A stretch of DNA of 33,624 nt from Candidatus Nealsonbacteria bacterium CG11_big_fil_rev_8_21_14_0_20_37_68 (GCA_002787295.1 PCWJ01000024.1:29931-63554), one strand, 5' to 3'; positions 23,940-32,714 are shown, numbered from the stretch's first letter. Program-made: numbers and translations. Notes: generated from the letters alone by a model not told the origin.

Positions 23940-24929
23940 ATGAAAAAGATTTTAAAGCGAATTTTATTTGCTCTTTTGATTCTTTTTTTGGTTCTTTGCG
24001 GTTATTTTTTTATTGGTTCGGCTCCTCAGGCAGAAAAAATTAGCTGGGGAGTTAATTTTTCCCAAAAGCATGCTGAAAATTTGGGGATTTCGTGGCAGGA
24101 AACCTATTTGGCTCTGCTTGATGATTTGAAGGTAAAAAATGTAAAATTAATTACTTATTGGGATTTAATTGAGCCGGAGGAGGGACAGTATAATTTTAAA
24201 GATTTACACTGGCAGCTTAAAGAGGCCCAAAAACGAGATGTAAAAATTCTCTTAGTCATTGGTATGAAAACCGGTCGCTGGCCGGAATGTCATATTCCTG
24301 ACTGGGCAAAAAATTTATCAGAAGAAGAACAACAAGAAAAAGTTTTAAATTTGATTAAAAAAATCGTTCCAAGATTTCGCGAATACTCCTTTGTAAATAT
24401 GTGGCAAGTGGAAAACGAACCCTTCTTTCCTTTCGGAGAGTGTCCTAAAGTTGATAAAGATTTTCTAAGAAGGGAAATAAATTTGGTAAAATCCCTGGAT
24501 TCCAGCCGGCCGATTGTTATTTCAGACAGCGGTGAGTTTTCTTCCTGGTTTAATGCTGCCAGAACCGGAGATATAGTTGGCACAACCTTACATCGAAAAG
24601 TCTGGTTCAAAGAGCTTAAAATGTATGTTTCTTATCCATTCCGACCAATCTATTACTGGCGAAAAGCCCAAATTATAAAAAAATTATTTCAAAAAGAAGT
24701 AATCTGCGTCGAGCTTCAGGCTGAACCCTGGTGCCCGACGCTTCTTTACGATTGCTCGCTCGAAGAACAGAAAAAAACTATGAATTTGGAACAGTTTCAA
24801 AAAAACATTGAATTTGCCAAAAAGACCGGCCTGGATACATTTTACCTCTGGGGAGCTGAATGGTGGCAGTGGCTACGAATTAACCAAGGTGATTCTGCTA
24901 TTTGGGATGAGGCCAAAAAACTTTTCTAA
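23940..24929 (+). CDS. Membrane-anchored TIM-barrel glycoside hydrolase (GH5/GH42-like)
   Basis: 329 aa. N-terminal TM/signal anchor and WQVENEPFF (NEP acid/base Glu motif of clan GH-A). Confidence 0.6.
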   Translation: MKKILKRILFALLILFLVLCGYFFIGSAPQAEKISWGVNFSQKHAENLGISWQETYLALLDDLKVKNVKLITYWDLIEPEEGQYNFKDLHWQLKEAQKRDVKILLVIGMKTGRWPECHIPDWAKNLSEEEQQEKVLNLIKKIVPRFREYSFVNMWQVENEPFFPFGECPKVDKDFLRREINLVKSLDSSRPIVISDSGEFSSWFNAARTGDIVGTTLHRKVWFKELKMYVSYPFRPIYYWRKAQIIKKLFQKEVICVELQAEPWCPTLLYDCSLEEQKKTMNLEQFQKNIEFAKKTGLDTFYLWGAEWWQWLRINQGDSAIWDEAKKLF

Positions 24930-24930
24930 A

Positions 24931-26493
24931 ATGAACTTACCTTATTATTTAAAAATTGGTCGAGCCGTCGATCTTGCAGATCCTAAAGAAAGGAAAATTT
25001 ATCGGTTTTTTGAAATCTTGCCGGGAGCTATCTCCTGGTTAACTTTATTCTTAGTTATTTTTTTATCTTGGTTAAAACCGGTTTGGATGGCTTTCTTTAT
25101 TATCGGTTTTGTAATTTACTGGCTATGTCGGACAATCTATTTTTCTTTTCATCTCAGCGCTTGTTATCGCCAAATGCGAAAAAACGAAAAAACTGATTGG
25201 CTGGAAAAACTAAAGAAATTTGACGAAAATTGGCCCAAAATCTATCATTTGATTGTTTTGCCAATGCATAAAGAGTCATTAGAGATTATCAGAGAAGGCT
25301 TTATTTCTTTATTAAATTCTGATTGGCCAAAAGAGAAAATGATTGTGGTTCTAACCTGTGAGGAAAAAGGAAATAAAAAAGCCGCAGAGATGATTAAAAA
25401 TGAATTCAGTTCTAAATTTTTTAAATTTTTATTAACTTTCCATCCGGCGAATTTGCCTGGCGAAATTGCCGGCAAGGGCGCAAACGAAACCTGGGGAGCA
25501 AAAAGAACCAAAGAATTAATTATCGATCCGCTAAAAATTCCTTACGAGAAAATAATTTATTCTTCTTTAGACGCCGATGCCTGCGTTTTTCCAAAATATT
25601 TTAGTTGTTTGACCTATTATTATTTGACTCAAAAAAATCCAACCCTTTGTAGTTTTCAACCCGTTCCTCTTTTTATTAATAATATTTGGCAGACCCCTCC
25701 TATTTCTCGAATTTTTGCCTTTTCAGCAAGTTTTTGGCAGATGATGAGTCAGGAAAGGCCCGAAAAATTAATTACTTTTTCTTCCCATTCTATGTCCTTT
25801 AAATCTTTAGTTGAGGTAGGATTTAGGCAAACTAATGTAGTTTCTGATGACTCTCGAATTTTCTGGCAATGTTTTTTAAGGTATAATGGAGATTATCACG
25901 TTGTTCCTTTATATTATCCCATAGCCATGGATGCCAATTGTGCCCCAACTTTTTTAAAAACAATGAAAAATGTCTATAAACAACAGAGAAGATGGGCTTA
26001 TGGAGTAGGGGATGTTCCCTACTTTCTGTTTGGGTTTTATAAAGATTGGCAAAGATTTAGTTTTAGGAAGAGGGCGGAGAATAAAAGAATTCCCATTTCT
26101 AAAAAATTTTCTTTAGGATTTATCCTTATTGAAGGACATTGGTCTTGGGCAACTAATTCCATTATTATTTTTTTATTAGGCTGGTTACCATTAACGTTAG
26201 GAGGTCATGAATTTGGCCAGAGTCTTTTGGCTCATAGTTTGCCAGTTTTTGTTCGCAATGTCTTAACCTGTGCAATGTTGGGCTTAGTTGGTTCAGCCTA
26301 TTTTAATATTCTTTTACTTCCTCCCAAACCCCCGAATTACGGTAGTAAAAAATATTTTCTTTTTATTTTAGAATGGTTTTTGCTTCCGTTAATTATGATA
26401 TTCTTTACTGCTTTTCCTGCCCTGGATGCCCAAACCAGATGGATGCTGGGGAAATATATGGGTTTTTGGCCAACAGAGAAATTTCGAAGATAA
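24931..26493 (+). CDS. Processive family-2 glycosyltransferase (cellulose/chitin-synthase-like)
   Basis: The track ORF starts at 24808 inside the upstream gene. I start it at ATG 24931 (MNLPYYLK), 2 nt after the upstream stop. It has flanking TM helices, SLDADAC (DxD) and the QxxRW hallmark as QQRRWAYG. Confidence 0.7.
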   Translation: MNLPYYLKIGRAVDLADPKERKIYRFFEILPGAISWLTLFLVIFLSWLKPVWMAFFIIGFVIYWLCRTIYFSFHLSACYRQMRKNEKTDWLEKLKKFDENWPKIYHLIVLPMHKESLEIIREGFISLLNSDWPKEKMIVVLTCEEKGNKKAAEMIKNEFSSKFFKFLLTFHPANLPGEIAGKGANETWGAKRTKELIIDPLKIPYEKIIYSSLDADACVFPKYFSCLTYYYLTQKNPTLCSFQPVPLFINNIWQTPPISRIFAFSASFWQMMSQERPEKLITFSSHSMSFKSLVEVGFRQTNVVSDDSRIFWQCFLRYNGDYHVVPLYYPIAMDANCAPTFLKTMKNVYKQQRRWAYGVGDVPYFLFGFYKDWQRFSFRKRAENKRIPISKKFSLGFILIEGHWSWATNSIIIFLLGWLPLTLGGHEFGQSLLAHSLPVFVRNVLTCAMLGLVGSAYFNILLLPPKPPNYGSKKYFLFILEWFLLPLIMIFFTAFPALDAQTRWMLGKYMGFWPTEKFRR

Positions 26494-26497
26494 CGCT

Positions 26498-26657
26498 CGG
26501 GCATCTTGCCTCAGGGAGCACGGCATCAGCCAAGTGGTAATAAAGATTTTATCTTCGGCTGTGCCTATTACTCGCCAGTCTTCAGTGACTTTTATTAAAA
26601 GTGCAATACTTTCTCTGGCGACTGGCTGCGTAATGCTCCCTTCGGCAAGAATGCCCT
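26498..26657. repeat. ~160-nt element closed by ~23-nt imperfect inverted termini (MITE-like or structured ncRNA)
   Basis: GGGCATCTTGCC-tca-GGGAGCA (26498-26520) pairs with TGCTCCC-ttc-GGCAAGAATGCCC (26634-26657). Internal hairpins are GGCATCAGCC..GGCTGTGCC, AAGAT-ttt-ATCTT and ACTTTTA-t-TAAAAGT. Confidence 0.7.
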
Positions 26658-26690
26658 CGCTTATCTATTCCTATATTCGTATTAATTCGT

Positions 26691-26725
26691 CCTAGACCCG
26701 TTCGTCCCGAACGGGACGGACTAGG
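26691..26725. repeat. GC-rich hairpin with overlapping perfect palindromes
   Basis: CCTAG..CTAGG encloses CCCGTTCG-tcc-CGAACGGG and GTCCCGAACGGGAC. Ends 17 nt upstream of the GT2 start. Confidence 0.8.
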
Positions 26726-26741
26726 GTAATTCGTAGGGTTT

Positions 26742-27449
26742 ATGCTTTCAATCATTATTCCCACCCTAAACGAAGAGGTTTATCTTCCTCTACTGCTCAA
26801 ATCAATAAAAGAACAAAGCTTTAATGATTATGAGATTATTGTTGCTGATGGTGGCTCAGAAGATAAAACAGTAGAAATTGCTAAAGCTTACGGTTGTAAA
26901 ATTGTTTCCGGGGGTTTACCGGCCAAAGGGAGAAACGAGGGAGCTAAAGCTGCCGGAGGAGAGATATTTTTATTTATGGATGCTGACAATATTTATCTTC
27001 CTCCGAATTTTTTTGAAAAACTTTTAGAAGAATTTAATCAAAGGAATTTGAAAGTGGCTACTTTCCCAATTTATCCCGATGGAAATAGATTTGATAGGAT
27101 TGCTTACGGAGTCTATAATTGGTTTGTAAAATTAACTCAAAAATTTTTGGCTTTTGCTACCAATGCAGTTTTAGTCAGCCGAGAAATTTATGAAAAAATA
27201 GGCGGTTTTGATGAAGAAATAAAAATAGCCGAAGACCACGATTTTGCCAGACGAGCCTCAAAAGTTGGTAAATTTGGATTTATTAAAACCGAACCGGTCT
27301 TAACTTCTGCCAGAAGATTTAAACGAGACGGAAGATTTAAAACTTATTTAAAATATATTTTAGCCGGGATTTATATGATTTTTTTTGGCCCGGTAAAATC
27401 TAATATTTTCAAGTATCGTTTCAATCGCTTGAAAAACAAAGAAAATTAA
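26742..27449 (+). CDS. Glycosyltransferase family 2
   Basis: 235 aa. MLSIIIPTLNEE start and DAD in FMDADN. Confidence 0.85.
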   Translation: MLSIIIPTLNEEVYLPLLLKSIKEQSFNDYEIIVADGGSEDKTVEIAKAYGCKIVSGGLPAKGRNEGAKAAGGEIFLFMDADNIYLPPNFFEKLLEEFNQRNLKVATFPIYPDGNRFDRIAYGVYNWFVKLTQKFLAFATNAVLVSREIYEKIGGFDEEIKIAEDHDFARRASKVGKFGFIKTEPVLTSARRFKRDGRFKTYLKYILAGIYMIFFGPVKSNIFKYRFNRLKNKEN

Positions 27450-27457
27450 TATATAAT
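27429..27457 (+). promoter_or_regulatory. sigma70-like promoter of htrA
   Basis: TTGAAA, 17-nt spacer, TATAAT. Overlaps the 3' end of the GT2 gene. The -10 ends 10 nt before the ATG. Confidence 0.55.
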
Positions 27458-27467
27458 TTTTTAAGCT

Positions 27468-28955
27468 ATGTCAATATACGATTTGCCAAAATTTGACCCC
27501 GTTAGAAATTTTTTTAAAAAATTCAAAAAAGTAAAACTAACGGGAATTTCTAACGGGGTTGAATTACCCAAATTAAACCCTCCTAAGTTTTTTTTCAAAA
27601 AATTTGGGAGGGTAAAAGTCCCAAAACCCAGCACCAGAGCAGGGCTCGGTGCTGGACAGTCCCGAAGTGAGCTTAGCTCTAGTTCGGGGCTCGGTTCTGG
27701 ACCTTGGGGGAATAAAGCCGTTATTATTTTTTTGATAATTTTAATTTCTTTTATTTTTGGAGGCATAGGTGGAATCTTTACCGGCAGTTATTTTTATTCC
27801 CGGGTAGAAGATTACCTTAAAAAATTAAACATCCAGATTCCCCAGGTTGAAAAAGAAACAATAATCGAAAAAGAGTACGTTCCCGAGACCTCTCAAGAAG
27901 AAAAAACAATTAATGTGGTGAAAGAGGCATCCCCTTCGGTGGTAAGTATTATTATTACTAAAGACCTTCCAGTTGTTGAGCAATTCTACTATAACCCCCT
28001 TAAGGAATTTGAAGAATTTTTTGGGCCCCTTGGCCTTGAGTTTGAAGTTCCTCAGTATCAAGAAAAAGGAACCGAGAAAAAGGAAATTGGAGGAGGAACC
28101 GGTTTTATTATTTCTGAAGACGGAATGATTTTGACCAACCGCCATGTGGTCTTAGATAAAGAAGCAGATTACACTGTTTTAACCAACGAGGGTCAAAAAT
28201 ACCCGGCTAAAGTTTTAGCTCGAGACCCAATCAAAGATTTGGCTGTAATTAAGGTTGAAAGCGAAAAGAAATTTGAGCCCTTAAAATTGGGAGATTCCGA
28301 CAAACTTCAGCCGGGCCAGACCGTGATTGCGATTGGCAATGCTCTTGGAGAATTTCGAAATACGGTTTCTGCCGGCGTAGTTTCCGGGCTAAAGAGAACC
28401 GTTGCTGCTTCCGGCGGAGGCCAAACCGAAGTTTTAGAAAATGTAATTCAGACCGATGCCGCTATTAATCTAGGGAATTCCGGCGGTCCTTTGTTAAATT
28501 TACAAGGGGAGGTGATTGGAGTTAATGTAGCTGTGGCTCAGGTAGCGGAAAATATTGGTTTTGCTATTCCCATCAATGAAGCCAAAAAAGACATTGAGCA
28601 GGTTAAAACCTTGGGCAAAATTGTCTATCCCTTTTTGGGAATTTATTACATTGTGATTACCCCCGAACTTAAAGAAAAATTTAACTTGCCGGTTGATTAC
28701 GGAGCCTGGATTGGCAGAAATGAAAAAGGAGAATACACTGAAGAAGCAATTTTTTCCAATTCGGCCGCCGAGAAAATCGGTTTAAAAAGAGATGATATTA
28801 TTCTGGAGTTTGACGGCAAAAAAATTACTTCAGAAAATCCTTTAGCTAAAATTATTCTGGGATATAACCCGGGGGACAAAATTTCGTTAAAGGTTTTAAG
28901 AGACAACAAAGAGGAAATTTTTCCGGTTATTCTTGGCGAGAGAAGCGAAGATTAA
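27468..28955 (+). CDS. htrA: HtrA/DegP-type serine protease with PDZ domain
   Basis: 495 aa. Intact triad contexts (LTNRHVV, KDLAVIKV, GNSGGPL), a C-terminal PDZ domain and one TM helix. The N-terminal ~80 aa are encoded by repeats and palindromes. Confidence 0.88.
   Translation: MSIYDLPKFDPVRNFFKKFKKVKLTGISNGVELPKLNPPKFFFKKFGRVKVPKPSTRAGLGAGQSRSELSSSSGLGSGPWGNKAVIIFLIILISFIFGGIGGIFTGSYFYSRVEDYLKKLNIQIPQVEKETIIEKEYVPETSQEEKTINVVKEASPSVVSIIITKDLPVVEQFYYNPLKEFEEFFGPLGLEFEVPQYQEKGTEKKEIGGGTGFIISEDGMILTNRHVVLDKEADYTVLTNEGQKYPAKVLARDPIKDLAVIKVESEKKFEPLKLGDSDKLQPGQTVIAIGNALGEFRNTVSAGVVSGLKRTVAASGGGQTEVLENVIQTDAAINLGNSGGPLLNLQGEVIGVNVAVAQVAENIGFAIPINEAKKDIEQVKTLGKIVYPFLGIYYIVITPELKEKFNLPVDYGAWIGRNEKGEYTEEAIFSNSAAEKIGLKRDDIILEFDGKKITSENPLAKIILGYNPGDKISLKVLRDNKEEIFPVILGERSED
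27497..27558. repeat. 14-bp perfect inverted repeat in the htrA 5' coding region
   Basis: CCCCGTTAGAAATT (27497-27510) and AATTTCTAACGGGG (27545-27558), plus an extra CTAACGGG at 27537-27544. Confidence 0.85.
27625..27703 (+). repeat. Family A two-hairpin core, in-frame in htrA
   Basis: By hand alignment, 27627-27690 differs from 14302-14365 at about 5 of 64 positions. Confidence 0.85.
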
Positions 28956-29004
28956 AAATTTTTGAGTTGACTTTTTTGAAATTTATGACAAAATATAAAC
29001 AAAT

Positions 29005-31707
29005 ATGAATGGAGCTAATTTTACCCAAAAATCCCAAGAGGCAATATTAACTGCGCAAGACATTGCCGGACAAAAAGGGCAGCAGCAAATTGATGCCCTG
29101 CATTTGCTTTTGGCTCTAATTTCTCAGGAGGGAAGCGTGGTTTTAACCCTGCTTTTGAAGCTGGGAGTAGATATAGAAAACTTGAAAAAGAAAACCGAGT
29201 CTGCTCTCGGGAAAATTCCGGTTATTTTAAATCCCCAGAGTTTCGGCCAGTTTTATTTAACCCAGGATATGGCTAAAGTTTTGGATAGAGCCAGACAGGA
29301 AGCGCAGAAATTTGGAGACGAGTTTATTTCGGTAGAGCATTTGTTTTTAGCCCTCCTGGATACCGAGACCAGGAGTAAAGAAATTTTAAACACAGCTTCC
29401 TTTATAGAAGGCGGTGGTGCTGATTTAAAATTCGGGAAATTAAGTTACGAAAAAGCCTTAAAAATTTTAGTTCAACTCAGGGGAGGTCAAAAAATTACCG
29501 ATCCTCATCCCGAGTCAAAATATCAGGTATTAGAAAAGTATGCCAGGAATTTAACCCAGTTGGCAATTCAGGGAAAATTAGACCCGGTCATTGGCAGAGA
29601 AAACGAAATTAGGAGATTAATGCAGGTGCTTTCGCGGAGAACAAAAAATAATCCGGTGCTTATAGGAGAAGCCGGAGTGGGTAAAACGGCAATTGTTGAA
29701 GGTCTGGCTCAAAAAATCGTTAAAGGAGATGTTCCTGAATCATTGAAGGAAAAAGAAATTATTGGTTTAGATTTGGGGGCAATGGTAGCCGGAACTAAAT
29801 ATCGGGGAGAATTTGAAGACAGGGTTAAGGCTTTTTTGAAAGAAGTTAATCGGGCCGGCGGAAGATATATTTTGTTTATTGACGAACTTCATACCTTGGT
29901 GGGAGCCGGAGCTGCCGAGGGAGCAATTGATGCTTCAAATCTTTTAAAGCCTGCCTTGGCTCGGGGTGAGTTAAGGGCAATTGGAGCTACTACCTTGAGA
30001 GAATACCAGAAATATATTGAAAGAGATCCGGCTCTTGAAAGAAGGTTCCAGCCGATTTATGTCTCGGAACCCTCCATTGAAGACACCATTACCATTTTGA
30101 GGGGAATTAAAGAAAAATACGAACTCTATCACGGAGTAAAAATTAAAGACGTCGCCTTGATGGCAGCAGCCGAGCTCGGCGCTCGCTATATCACCGATAG
30201 ATTTTTGCCCGACAAAGCAGTTGATTTAATTGATGAGGCGGCTTCCGCTCTAAGATTAGAGATTGAATCTGAACCGGCCGAGTTCGACGAATTCAAAAAA
30301 GAAATTCAGAAACTGAAAATCGAAAAAGAAGCGATGATTGCCGAAAAGTCAACATCTGCAAAAAAGAGGTTAACGGCAATTAACCGAGCCTTGGCTGATC
30401 TGGGGGAAAAAGCAAAAAACATTGAGTTAAAATGGAAAACCGAAAAGGATTTAATTCAGGAAATAAGGAGCCTTAAAAAAGAAATTGATAATCTTAATTT
30501 TCAGGTTGAGGTTGCTCAAAGAGAGGCTGATTTACAAAAAATAGCCGAGATTAAATATGGTAAAATTCCCGAAATTTTAAAAAAAATTAGAAAAAAAGAA
30601 AAAGAATTAGCCAGATTTCAAAAAAAGCACCATATTTTAAAAGAGGAGATTTCGGGAGAAGATGTGGCTCAGGTGGTTTCAAAATGGACCGGAATTCCGG
30701 TTACAAGGTTGATGGAAGAAGAAGCTAAAAAATTAGAAAAAATGGAAGAAATTTTAGAAAAGCGGGTGATTGGTCAAAAAGAAGCAATTACATCTATTTC
30801 CAATGCTATTCGTCGCTCCCGGGCCGGAATTTCTGAAGAAAACAGGCCGGTTGGCTCTTTTATCTTCCTGGGTCCGACCGGTGTGGGAAAGACCGAAACC
30901 GCCCGGGCTCTTGCCCAATTCTTGTTCAACGATGAGAATGCCTTAGTCAGATTGGATATGTCAGAATATATGGAAAAATACAGCGTTTCTAAAATGATAG
31001 GTAGCCCTCCCGGCTATGTCGGCTACGAAGAAGGCGGTCAGTTGACCGAGAAAATTAGAAGAAGACCTTACGCGGTAATTTTGCTGGACGAAATAGAAAA
31101 AGCTCATCCGGAAGTATTTAATATCCTGCTCCAAATTTTAGAAGACGGTCGGCTAACCGATGCCAAGGGAAGAGTAACTTCTTTTAAAAATTCGATTTTG
31201 ATTATGACTTCCAACATTGGTTCCGAGTATATTTCCCAAATGGGTTCTCTGGGTTTTGTTGCCAGAGACGATCAAAAAAAAGAAAATTTAAAAGATAAAG
31301 TGAAAGATTCTTTAAAAGAGCATTTTCGACCTGAATTTCTAAACAGAATTGACGAAATTGTTATTTTCAATTACTTGGGAAAACCGGAAATTAAAAAAAT
31401 AGTGGAATTGGAGTTGGATAAGATTAAATCCCGACTTGAAAAGAAAAAAATCAAAATGGAAGTTACCTTACTGGCAAAAGAAATTTTCACCGAAAAAGGG
31501 TTTGACCAAAGTTTAGGAGCAAGGCCCCTAAAAAGGGTGATTCAAAAACTGATATTAGACCCGATATCTCTAAAAATTGTTTCCGGAGAGCTAAAAGAAG
31601 GAGAAAGAGTAGTAGTCGACGGCAAAAACGGTCAGATTATATTTAAAACCCCCCAGGATTTAATTAAAGCTGCTCTTCCCCAAAAAGAAGAAATTTTGGT
31701 TAAGTAA
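29005..31707 (+). CDS. clpB: Chaperone disaggregase ClpB
   Basis: 900 aa. Clp N-domain, two AAA+ modules ([18 protein letters not shown]) and a long coiled-coil middle domain. Confidence 0.95.
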   Translation: MNGANFTQKSQEAILTAQDIAGQKGQQQIDALHLLLALISQEGSVVLTLLLKLGVDIENLKKKTESALGKIPVILNPQSFGQFYLTQDMAKVLDRARQEAQKFGDEFISVEHLFLALLDTETRSKEILNTASFIEGGGADLKFGKLSYEKALKILVQLRGGQKITDPHPESKYQVLEKYARNLTQLAIQGKLDPVIGRENEIRRLMQVLSRRTKNNPVLIGEAGVGKTAIVEGLAQKIVKGDVPESLKEKEIIGLDLGAMVAGTKYRGEFEDRVKAFLKEVNRAGGRYILFIDELHTLVGAGAAEGAIDASNLLKPALARGELRAIGATTLREYQKYIERDPALERRFQPIYVSEPSIEDTITILRGIKEKYELYHGVKIKDVALMAAAELGARYITDRFLPDKAVDLIDEAASALRLEIESEPAEFDEFKKEIQKLKIEKEAMIAEKSTSAKKRLTAINRALADLGEKAKNIELKWKTEKDLIQEIRSLKKEIDNLNFQVEVAQREADLQKIAEIKYGKIPEILKKIRKKEKELARFQKKHHILKEEISGEDVAQVVSKWTGIPVTRLMEEEAKKLEKMEEILEKRVIGQKEAITSISNAIRRSRAGISEENRPVGSFIFLGPTGVGKTETARALAQFLFNDENALVRLDMSEYMEKYSVSKMIGSPPGYVGYEEGGQLTEKIRRRPYAVILLDEIEKAHPEVFNILLQILEDGRLTDAKGRVTSFKNSILIMTSNIGSEYISQMGSLGFVARDDQKKENLKDKVKDSLKEHFRPEFLNRIDEIVIFNYLGKPEIKKIVELELDKIKSRLEKKKIKMEVTLLAKEIFTEKGFDQSLGARPLKRVIQKLILDPISLKIVSGELKEGERVVVDGKNGQIIFKTPQDLIKAALPQKEEILVK

Positions 31708-31716
31708 GTTTTTGTC

Positions 31717-31748
31717 TTTGGCGGTATCATACCGCCAAATTTAAATTT
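31717..31748 (+). terminator. Intrinsic terminator after clpB
   Basis: TTTGGCGGTAT-c-ATACCGCCAAA (11-bp perfect arms) followed by TTTAAATTT. Confidence 0.6.
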
Positions 31749-32480
31749 GTGTTAAAAAATGTTTTTAAAATTTTAGCAGTGTTTATTGTTGGGATGGTTG
31801 GCGGAATTTTTGCTGACCAAATTTTATGGCCCTACTTTATAGAAAGGCCTCTTTTTTATGAATATAGATTAGAGCAGACCCCGGTTAATGTTATCGAAAA
31901 AAAAGAAATTTTTATTCAAGAAAACGTTGCTCTTCAGGAAGCAGTAAAAAAAGTAGAAAAAGCAGTGGTATGGGTAAGGACCGAAACTAAAACTGGAAAA
32001 ATTTTAGAGGGTTCGGGCTTGGTAATGACTTCGGACGGTTTAATTGTCACTCTGGCTGATTTAGTTCCGGCAGGTTCCGATTTTACTTTTTTAATTGAGG
32101 GGAAGCCGATGAGTTATCAAATTTTAGCTCGAGATTTTCAAAACAATCTGGCTTTAATTAAAGTTGAGGGAGCCAACTTATCTACGGCTAGCTTTGGTAG
32201 TTTGGATAAAATCAATACTGGAGAAAGAGTATTTTTGGTGGGGACGATTTCTCAGCAAAAGCCCGGTGGAGAAAAAGAGATTATAAAAATAGTAAACGAG
32301 GGGGTAATTAAATACTTTGACCAGAATTTAATTCATACCAATATCTTTGAGAAATATACATTAGCAGGTTCTCCTCTGTTTAACATCGAAGGAAATGTTT
32401 TGGGACTAAACGAAGTAGATAAAGAAGGGAAAATTATCGCCATTCCCATTTCCATCATCCGCGAATTCATCAAACTCTAA
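31749..32480 (+). CDS. Membrane-anchored trypsin-fold protein with all three catalytic residues replaced (pseudoprotease)
   Basis: 243 aa with a GTG start. Aligns by eye to the protease domain of the htrA-like gene. It has TLADLV for TNRHVV, NNLALIKV for KDLAVIKV and LAGSPL for GNSGGPL, and lacks a PDZ domain. Confidence 0.7.
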   Translation: MLKNVFKILAVFIVGMVGGIFADQILWPYFIERPLFYEYRLEQTPVNVIEKKEIFIQENVALQEAVKKVEKAVVWVRTETKTGKILEGSGLVMTSDGLIVTLADLVPAGSDFTFLIEGKPMSYQILARDFQNNLALIKVEGANLSTASFGSLDKINTGERVFLVGTISQQKPGGEKEIIKIVNEGVIKYFDQNLIHTNIFEKYTLAGSPLFNIEGNVLGLNEVDKEGKIIAIPISIIREFIKL

Positions 32481-32487
32481 TTTCCCG

Positions 32488-32504
32488 CCGGGAAGTCTTC
32501 CCGG
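32488..32504. repeat. REP-like palindrome, left of the RAYT gene
   Basis: 8-bp arms CCGGGAAG/CTTCCCGG around one central t. Lies 8 nt after the stop of the upstream gene. Confidence 0.85.
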
Positions 32505-32646
32505 TAGCAGTAGGCAGCATATATCTAAATCTAATATAGAAAATAATTTTTTACTTTTGGGCTTGACAGCTCTTTTTAATTCCCCAAGATAACAACTGTT
32601 GATTATTTTTTAGAAGTTAGCTAAATTGCTAATTGAGATAGTTTCC

Positions 32647-32682
32647 GGGATGGCTCCCCGGCACGTGCCGGGGAGCCATCCC
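32647..32682. repeat. Perfect 36-bp palindrome
   Basis: GGGATGGCTCCCCGGCAC|GTGCCGGGGAGCCATCCC, ending 33 nt upstream of the RAYT ATG. Confidence 0.9.
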
Positions 32683-32714
32683 AACTCTAGAGAAGCCATC
32701 TCTGTAATAAACCT

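Noticed and set aside
24808-24930. The 5' extension of the GT2 synthase ORF, overlapping the hydrolase gene by 122 nt.
   Set aside because: ATG 24931 directly follows the upstream stop and precedes the first TM region. The extension is the out-of-frame 3' end of the hydrolase gene.
26498-26657. 6S RNA or SRP RNA (the string CAGCCAAG resembles part of 4.5S RNA).
   Set aside because: The resemblance is limited to about 8 nt. The tetraloop and symmetric-loop context are missing, and no central-bubble architecture is evident.
26426-26764. Track ORFs 26426-26695 (+) and 26582-26764 (-).
   Set aside because: They overlap each other and the inverted-repeat element, and one overlaps the 3' end of the GT2 synthase. 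They are better explained as by-products of the structured element.
27461-27766. 101-aa minus-strand ORF antisense to the htrA 5' region.
   Set aside because: It is a mirror ORF created by the palindromes, and the plus-strand frame continues into a clear protease.
28960-29004. CtsR- or CIRCE-type heat-shock operator upstream of clpB, and a half CIRCE-like TTAAGCACA in the lon leader.
   Set aside because: There are only loose 10-mer periodicity and half-site resemblances. I found no full inverted repeat matching either consensus.
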